This document shows, in pieces, positions 46,776 to 64,000 of a DNA stretch of 64,000 nt (its first letter is position 1; every line of letters begins with the position of its first letter). The notes beneath the pieces are model-generated. The model saw nothing but the letters and a program-made list of their open reading frames with translations, was not told the origin of the DNA and made no database searches. The stretch comes from the human T2T-CHM13v2.0 reference genome, Homo sapiens, in the NCBI RefSeq assembly GCF_009914755.1, contig NC_060927.1; one strand, given 5' to 3'. Position numbers and translations under genes: made by a program.

Positions 46776-47272
46776 ATATTAGTTTTGTATTTGTACTGTA
46801 ACAAATTACCACAAACATGGTGGCTTAAAGCAAAACAAACTTACTGTCTTACAGTTCTATGGGTCAGAATTCCAACATGGGTCTCAGTGCGTTAAGGTCT
46901 AGGTGTTGTTGGCAGGACTGTGTTTCTTCCTGAAAGCATGGAGGGGAGAGTATTTTCTTGCCTTTTCCCCACATTTACTGGCTTGTGGCCTCTCCCTCCA
47001 TCTTCAAAACAAACAACATCAGAGCAAGTCTGTTTCACATCACTTCTCTCTGACCGTTTTTGGTGTCTGTTCATCTTGTACTCTTAGATTCAGGTTATTA
47101 GTTTGGGCCCACTAGGATAATCCCAGGTAATTTCTCCATCTCAGTGTCACCTGATTAATAACTTTAATTGCATATGCAACTTTATTTATCTCTTGCCATA
47201 TAACATAATAAGCAAACAGGTTCAATGTATTGGGATATGGACATTTTAGGAGTCGTTATACAGCCTACCATC
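46776..47272 (-). mobile_element. MLT1D-like MaLR LTR
   Basis: gtaacaaattaccacaaac...ggcttaaagcaa...gggcccactaggataatcc...gcctacca. Confidence 0.8.
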
Positions 47273-47456
47273 ACTCGACAAATACTTTAAAATCTAGCCT
47301 TATAGATTTACTGGAGATTAAGCTTTACTGGACATGAACAAAGACCCTACCTTTTTACCATCCAATTGTAGCAAACATATTTTATATTCCAAAGCTTTTC
47401 ATATGGTCCCTTTGAAGTCCCTCTTCCCAGGCATGGGACTCAAAGTTATCATTTCC

Positions 47457-47752
47457 TGACTGGGTGCTATGCTCATGCCTGTAATCTCAGCACTTTGGGA
47501 GGCTGAGGCAAGAGGATCGCTTGAGGCCAGGAGTTTGAGAGAAGGCTGGGTATCATAGCGAGATCCTGTCTCTACAAAAAGTTAAAAATTAGCCAGGCAT
47601 GGTGGCTCATACCTGTAGTCCCCAGCTACTTGGGAGGTTGAGGCCAAAGGATTGCTTGAGCCCAGGAATGGACTGCTCTCCAGTCTGGTGACAGAGAAAG
47701 ACCTTGTCTCTGAAACCAACCACACACAACACAACACAACACAACACAACAA
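47457..47752 (+). mobile_element. AluJ with right-arm deletion and (CAACA)n tail
   Basis: Diverged dimer; segment missing after gagcccaggaa. Confidence 0.9.
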
Positions 47753-48017
47753 AGATTCTCTCAATCTTCCCCCCAAAAGATGGATTAGTCTTATAGCACA
47801 GCAGTGGCTCTCTACAAAGAAAGCTGCTCTTCACTTCTTTCCCCAAATGTTTTCTTACACTTGCCCTGATTAATATCAGTATCATTGGTCCTATGAAGGT
47901 GTCTGCGAGTTAGAGAACAGGCTTTCAAATTCTTTTCTTATAAATTTAATTGCTTGGCATCATAGAGGTGTTGTTCTCACATTAATTGAGGCAGAAAGAG
48001 TGTATATATTCTGATTC

Positions 48018-48118
48018 AGTTGCTGTATCATGGAGTAAAGCTAGGCCTTCAGAACGAGTGAAACTAAAGTTGCTGTATCATGGAATAAAGGCTATGCCTT
48101 CAGAAAGACTGAAACTAA
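48018..48118. repeat. 50-bp tandem duplication
   Basis: agttgctgtatcatgga.taaag..ta.gccttcagaa.ga.tgaaactaa x2. Confidence 0.9.
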
Positions 48119-48646
48119 TTAAAACAAAACAAAACAAAAACACAAGTAAGCCAAACTAAGTTCACTTTTCATTTCTTATCTCTGTATATTCCTACAAATG
48201 AGCTTCATTAGTGTGTCTTCTTTGAATAGCTGTTTTCTGGTTCCTGAACTCTTGGATAAACATGGTTATGCACATCGCTCCTGAATTTACATGTTATAAA
48301 CCTACCCTTTCTTGTGTCACTCCCAAATCAACAGTCCAGGGTGCAAAACTCTGACTTTCCTAGTTGGAGCTACATGTATAATATGGGTCCAATCAGTTAA
48401 ACTGTGGGATGAGCTATATGATGTAGAACAAAATGCTCTACATTGATAGATAAGGGAGGATCACTGTGATTTGGGAAATACTTCAAAAATTGTGTATTAT
48501 AATATTTTGTGAAGCTTGTAACAATAAAAGAAAAATGTTAATCATTAAAATACTCAAATTTTATTGAGAGCCTATTATGATCAGGCCCTGAGTTACATAT
48601 TGAACTATTATCTCAATCATACAAAGAGGTTCAGGTATTACATCTG

Positions 48647-52315
<3,669 letters not shown>

Positions 52316-52324
52316 AATATTACC

Positions 52325-52440
52325 TCTGTTTTAAAGAAAGAATTGAAGCTTAGAGAAATGAACTAATTTGTTCAAGGTCATACTGAAAGCAAGTAGTGGC
52401 TGGACTAAATCCACATTTCCCTGCTTCTAAAGTCCAACAA
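52325..52440 (-). mobile_element. MIR relic
   Basis: gaagcttagagaaatgaactaatttgttcaaggtcata...gtagtggctggact. Confidence 0.55.
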
Positions 52441-53248
52441 AAAAGATGTCGTCGTGTAATTTAACATGTTTCAAAATCTAATGTATATTAGCATTTATAT
52501 TTCTATTCATACCTACAGCTATGACTATGTTTCTACATCTACATCTCTCTACATCTGTATTACTTCTGTATCTACCCATTCTACCCCACTTCCTTCACTT
52601 TCTTCCATTCTCAGAAATAGTATTAACTTTTAAATACTGTCTATTTAATTTTAAAAGTTAATACTGTTTCTGAGAATAAAATCATTTGTTATATAAGTTC
52701 TACTTTTTTCTGTATGTACTTTTAAATGATCATATCTGTAAAAGAAGGAGATAACTTTGGTTAATAAAAAATGAGAAATGTCAAGGTCATTTTCTTAGTC
52801 TGTTAGGTCTCTGGAAAGTAACAGCTTTTTATTATGTAAATTCATTGAACATCTCAGATGAAGTGAACAAATTTCTGAAGGACACATACTATCAATACTG
52901 ACTCATAAAGAGAAAGAAAAACTTAACAGCCCTATTACAGTTAAGCAAAACAAATTTGTAGTTAAAAACCATTCCAGAAAGGAAGCTCCAGGCTTAGATG
53001 GCTTCACTAGCAAATAGTATCATACATTTAAGGATGAAATATCAGTTCTGCACAAATCTTGGAAAATAAAGGAAGAGGAAAAACTTGCCCACGTATATTA
53101 TGAAGCCAGTTTTGCCCTGATTAAACATAAAACTAGACAAATAAAAAACTTCCAGAAAAAAACTATACTTTTATGTATATCATAAATCTGAACATACATA
53201 TCATTAACAAAATACTATCAAATTCAATGCAGCTATATATGAAAAAGG

Positions 53249-54053
53249 TGTGACATGTTAAAAGCAGGATTTATTCCCAAATGCAAGTTTCATTTAACAC
53301 TTGAAAATCAATTTAATTTAAAATGTATATTGAGAGAGTAAATGGGGACAACTATATAATTATCTAAACAGAAGAGCAAAAGAGATTTGCCAAAATTTAA
53401 TGCCCATTTATCATATTGAATATCACACCAAAATTGAAAAAGATTGTTTTCTCACTCTGAATATGGGCACCTACATAAACCTAGAGTAAACATCATACCT
53501 AAGGGTAAAAACTGAATGCTTTCTACGCAAGATTGGGAATAGGACAAAATGTCTACTCTCTCAATTTCTGTCTAACGTTGTAATGGACATTCTAGCATTG
53601 TAATAAAGGAAGAAAAATGAATTAAAGGAATAGAGTTTGAAAAGAAGCAAACTGTGACATGTTAAAAGCAGGATTTATTCCCAAATGCAAGTTTCATTTA
53701 ACACTTGAAAATCAATTTAATTTAAAATGTATATTGAGAGAGTAAATGGGGACAACTATATAATTATCTAAACAGAAGAGCAAAAGAGATTTGCCAAAAT
53801 TTAATGCCCATTTATCATATTGAATATCACACCAAAATTGAAAAAGATTGTTTTCTCACTCTGAATATGGGCACCTACATAAACCTAGAGTAAACATCAT
53901 ACCTAAGGGTAAAAACTGAATGCTTTCTACACAAGATTGGGAATAGGACAAAATGTCTACTCTCTCAATTTCTGTCTAACGTTGTAATGGACATTCTAGC
54001 ATTGTAATAAAGGAAGAAAAATGAATTAAAGGAATAGAGTTTGAAAAGAAGCA
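53249..54053. repeat. 404-bp-period near-perfect tandem duplication
   Basis: 53249-53649 matches 53653-54053; the only mismatch I found is G53527/A53931. Confidence 0.97.
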
Positions 54054-54799
54054 TGTAAACTTGTAATTTTCAAATGTCATGTTCCAATATGTAGAAAGTC
54101 CAAATAAATATACAAAAAGCTACTAGAACTAATAAGCAAATTTAGCAAAGTCACAAGATTCAAGTTTAATATATAAAAAGTCAATTGTATCTTATATACT
54201 AGTAAAATACTATTAAAAACAAATTATAAAAATAACACCATTTACAAAATCATTCAGTCATAGAATGCTTTAAGACAAATTTAAGAAAAAATATATGACT
54301 CATAGAAATTTATAAAATGTTTCAGAGAGAAATTGAGTATATAAATAAATGAAGAGATAAGCCATGTTTATTGGTTAGAAGACAATATTTTGAAGTTATT
54401 AATTTTTATTAAATTGACCTTTAGATTTCATTTAATCACTGTAAAATCTATGAAAGAATTCTTTTAATAAAAAATGACAAGTTGATTCTAAAATTTGTAT
54501 GTAAATGTGAAATTTCTAGGATAGTCCAAAATATGAAATTTTTAAAAATTTAAAAATGCAAAGAAATTTGGAAACTTACACTTTCTAATTTTAATACATA
54601 CTATAGAATTAGAATAATCAAAATAACATGGTATTTGTAAGCATATGGACCCATGGAACAAATTAGAAAGCGCAGAAATAAATGTACACATATATAGTGA
54701 ATTGTTTTTGTCAAGACTTTAAAAATAACTAGGGGAAACAATAGTGCTAGAACTATTGGATATCCACATGGAAAGAAATAAAATTAAGTTCTTACTATT

Positions 54800-56340
<1,541 letters not shown>

Positions 56341-56524
56341 TAAAGGGCAAAATAAACACATTTTTAGTAGTTCAATCCTTACCACTTCTGACACACAAAA
56401 TTTAGCTTGGGTAAAGTTTAAAGTATAAAACATCTAGAAGAAAATAGGGAAATATTTTTTGCAACCTTGGGTTCAACAAATATGTATTACATAAGATAGA
56501 AAAAAAATAAAACGATATATGCCA

Positions 56525-59690
<3,166 letters not shown>

Positions 59691-59769
59691 GATATATATA
59701 TATCTAATATATATATCTATATATGAGATATATGATACATATAAATATGTGTGTGTGTATATATATATA
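59691..59769. repeat. (TA)n/(TG)n low complexity
   Basis: Direct reading. Confidence 0.85.
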
Positions 59770-61605
59770 GTCTCACTTATGCCCTTTCTTGATTTTATTG
59801 CAAATGTTTTAGGAGAAAGAGGAAATATAATTGTGTTATTTTTTCATTATTCTATTATCAAATATTTATTGAACACTTATGAATCTGGCATATCTAACAC
59901 CAGCAACTAGGAACTGCTCTCAAGGTGTGCACTAGGAGTCGGAAGATAGGGTCATGTTTGCCCTCTATAGTTTTTAAAATGTTAAGGAAATAAAAATTAG
60001 TTGACACATTAAAATATAGGGAGACTAAAATATTTTAGAAAAGATTTGAAGGATACATGGAATAAATATTTAAAGTCAAGTTTAGCAGAGGCATTTTTGC
60101 CTCTATTTTTAGATGTACTTTTTCTTAAAGTTGTTCACATGTTGTGAGCTCCTCATTGCCCAAGGGAGTCAGACACTATATTTTTCAGTGTCATCCTGTG
60201 ATTTTTTAAAATTTCATAGGTATCTCCCCATTCAGCCTCTTATCTTGAAAAATCCATCCAGAGAAGCTATGTTTATCTCTCTTTCTTCATTTGTTCTCTC
60301 TCTTTATTTTCTCATTTTGTAAATCTGGCCACCGTAGGAAAGACAGCAGCCATTCACTTTACAGAAACGTCTATTTTAAGAACTAGCTGCTTGGGGGAAG
60401 GCTGGATACTTTAATCCTTCATCTTTTCTTTAACAATACTAGCTGGTAGGTAGTCAGCAGGAAAGTAGAAGTGGAGCTTTCAGAAAGAAAACATTCACAG
60501 TAGAAAGTAGTGCCCATTATGATGTTGAACAAAAGTAATTCTCCTGGACTCATTTTTTAGGAAAGCATGTTATGCCACTTTGACTTTATTAAAAAAAAAA
60601 GAAGAAGAAGAAGAAAAGGAAGAAAGAGAAAAAAGAAAAGAAAGAAAAATAAAAAGTAATAACAAATCAAAGAAAACCTAATGAGACAAAATGATAAACT
60701 ATCCTTTTTCTCAGATTCTCTACAGTTAATTTGTTGTTGGAACCTACTTTTCTTCATACTTCATGAATTGAAACCAAACCACTTAGTGTTAATTATAAGT
60801 TATTGTAATAGTTACTGTGCTTATTCTGGATATGTTCATGTCTTATTAATGTTTTAAGATATTAAGTGAAAAGAATAGAATGTTCCTAAAGATAACAAGA
60901 AACCTCACCTTTTACCTCAGCTTCACCTTAGTACATTTGGCTCCCAGTAGGAGTTAGAGAAAGCTGTTATCCCATGAACAGCTGTTAAATGTTGTTTTCG
61001 TTTAGTTAGTATTTGCCAACTTCCTACATCACAGTTGGCATTATTTTTTCCTTTTTCGAAGCTACCATGAAGAAGCTAAAACTTGGAAAAGATTTTACCT
61101 CTCAGCATGAGTGACTAGGTTCTACTTGCAAATGTTATTAGAGCTGTGTTAGATCACTCTGTGGCTGGAAAGGACACTTCTCTTTTCAGGGTTGATCATT
61201 TTATTTCAAGATGTTTTGAGGAAATACATTTTTCTCTATGCCAATAATACCATTTGAACATTTTCATTGCATTTTTAAAAAATGATGGAAATCATCCTAT
61301 TGTCTTGGGGTTCTTCTTAAACTTTAGTGTTCTAGGGTTTTATCTGTAGATTTTTAAAGTGTCATTAAATTCCCAAATTGGTAAATTCATCATTCTATGC
61401 TTGCATCAGGCAGTTAGCATGCATATTTCTCTCCTTTCATGCCTTCCTTAGCATTCCTCTTGAGGGGTTTTTGCCGAATTTGTTAAACAATTAATCGTTA
61501 TATGTAATTAGTCATATATATCTGTGTATGTGTGTGAATGTGTGTGAAGCTTTTAATTGTTCTTCATTTTATATTTCCATGATCGTGTTAAATGTACATT
61601 TAAAC

Positions 61606-61901
<296 letters not shown>

Positions 61902-62509
61902 ACATTTAAACTTTTTAATGTTTTGCTTCAGGTGTTGCTTACATGGCTATCATGTCCCACTCGTTTTGGGAGACTATGAAAATATGACTTTTTGTGTCTG
62001 AAAAGTAGTTTTGTGCTACTGGAACTTACAGTGGACTTACATGAAGGAAGCTGAGATATTACCTCAAAATGTTATGGCATTTAAGATTTCATGGGAATCT
62101 CATAAAAGTATACATCTATGCACACTCTAATTACAAGATTGTATTTAATGATTTTGTTACATACTTCTTTCAGAATTTGGGATAGTGTTATTCACAGCAG
62201 ATAATTACAATGCTTTGTAGTTTCACTAGTTTCACTTCTACTTGACATCCGGCTTGGTACCTCTATATGTCTGTTATTATTATATGAATCATTTATACCT
62301 TAATTATGAAAACTTACCTACACACCTGTTTTTGTGTGTGTGTGTGTATGTGTGTGCGTGTCTTAACAAATAATTCATATAGCTCCTTGGCTTATTTACT
62401 TAATAAAACTGCAGTGGAAATATCATTGAAATTACAGTATTTTCCTTGCCGTCAATTATGGCTTATCTTGTTTCCTTGTTAATGGATACTCTTTACTACT
62501 GAGTTACTT

Positions 62510-64000
62510 TCTTTTCAATTTTTTTAAAAATTTTAATTGGTAAATTGTAATTGTATATATTTATGAGGTTCAATTTGATTTATTGATACATATGACAATC
62601 AAATCAGGGTATTTAGCATATCTATCGCTTCATGAATTTATCATTTCTGTATAGTAAGACCATTCAAAAGCCTCTCTTTGATCTATTTTGTAATACATTA
62701 TACGATATTGTTAACCATCATCACCCTACTGTACAATAGAGCATCAGAACTTATTTCTTCTAATAGTAATCTTGTACTATCTGATCAATCTCTTCCCATC
62801 TTCCCCTCCCTTCCCCAGTCTCTGTTAACCAGTGTTCTACTCTCTGCTTCCATAATAGCAACTTTTTTTATTTTAGATTCCACATAATAGTGAGATCATG
62901 GAGTATTTGTCTTTCTGTGTCTCATCTTTTTTATGGTTGAATAGCATTCCACTGATGATATATACCACATTTTCTTTAAATATTCATCCATTGTTTGACA
63001 CGTGAGTTGATTCCACGTCTTGGCTATTGTGAATAGAGCTGCAATAAACATGGGAGTTAAGACATCTTTTCAACATACTAATTTCACTTTCTTTGGATAT
63101 ATGCCCAGTAATGAGATTGCAAGAACATATGGTAATTCTATTTTTAATTTAATGAGGAACCTCTATAATGTTTTTCATAGTGCTCTATTAATCTGTAATC
63201 CCAACAACAATGTGTAAGTGTTCCCTTTCTCCATATCCTGTCTGACACTTTTGTCTTTGGTAATGGCCATTCTAACTAGAGTCAGGTGTTATCTTGTTGA
63301 GGTTTTGATTAGCATTTCCCTGATGAATAGCGATGTTGAGTTTTTATTCATTTACCTTTGGATATTTGTATGCCTTCTTTTGAAAAGTGACTATTAAGGT
63401 CTTTTGCTGATTTAAAAAAAAATTGGGTTATTTTGTTTTTGAGTTGTTTAAAGTGTTTATATATTATGAATATTAACATTATGTCAGATGGGAAGTTTGC
63501 TAATATTTTCTCACATTCTGCAGGTTGTCCCTTCACTCATTTCCTTTGCTATGCAAAAGCTTTTCAGTTTGATGAAATTCAATTTGCCTATTTTTGAGTT
63601 TGTTGCAGAGCTTTTGAGGTCGTATTTTAAAAATCTTTGCCCAGCCCCAATGTTGTAAAGCATTCACCTATGTTTCCTTCTAGTAGTTTCATAGTTTCAG
63701 GTCTTACATATATGTATGTAAACTATTTTTAGTTTATTTTTGTATATGGTGGGAAGAAGGGTTTTTGTCATATTCTAGTACCATTTATTGAAGAGACTGG
63801 GTTTTCCCCAATTTGCCCTATTGGTACCTGTGTTGAAAATCAGTTGGCTATAGGTAGGCGAATTTATTTCAGGGGCTTCCATTCATTTCATTGATTTATG
63901 TGTTCCATTTTTATGCTAGTGCCATGATGTTTAGGTTACTATAGCCTTGTGGTATATTTTGAAGTTAGGTAATGAGTGTGATACCTCCAGCTTTGTTCTT
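62510..64000 (-). mobile_element. L1MA-type 3' region, continues off window end
   Basis: aattgtatatatttatgagg...aaatcagggtatttagcatatc 3' UTR, then ORF2 C-terminal sequence (MKGQPAECEKILAN). Confidence 0.9.

Overview
Primate (human-like) AT-rich, CpG-poor genomic DNA, intronic or intergenic. I can support no host protein-coding exon, CpG island, or rRNA/tRNA gene. Roughly half or more of the window is interspersed repeat: about 10 LINE-1 pieces, including a young L1PA2-like copy with a nearly intact RT region; about 19 Alu-family copies, many with clear target-site duplications (TSDs); two full-length MaLR elements (THE1 and MSTA, each with two LTRs and a 5-bp TSD); solo THE1/MLT1/MLT2/LTR16 LTRs; DNA transposons (MADE1, Tigger3b, MER30, MER5, a hAT-Tip100-like fossil); and MIR/L2 relics. 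The long ORFs are L1 ORF1/ORF2 remnants or incidental frames through Alu/MaLR sequence. I found no convincing novel multi-gene system. The most notable structures are: (1) an AluY fused in frame to an endonuclease-less but RT-intact L1 ORF2, with one TSD bracketing the pair; (2) a ~260-bp copy of nearby unique DNA inserted inside an MLT1 LTR next to a fold-back; (3) a near-identical 404-bp tandem duplication inside an ancient L1; (4) a fold-back hairpin at an L1 5' truncation; (5) a four-level nested repeat stack; (6) intact DUX4 motifs in four LTRs. Subfamily names come from recalled diagnostic sequence and were not confirmed by a database search.
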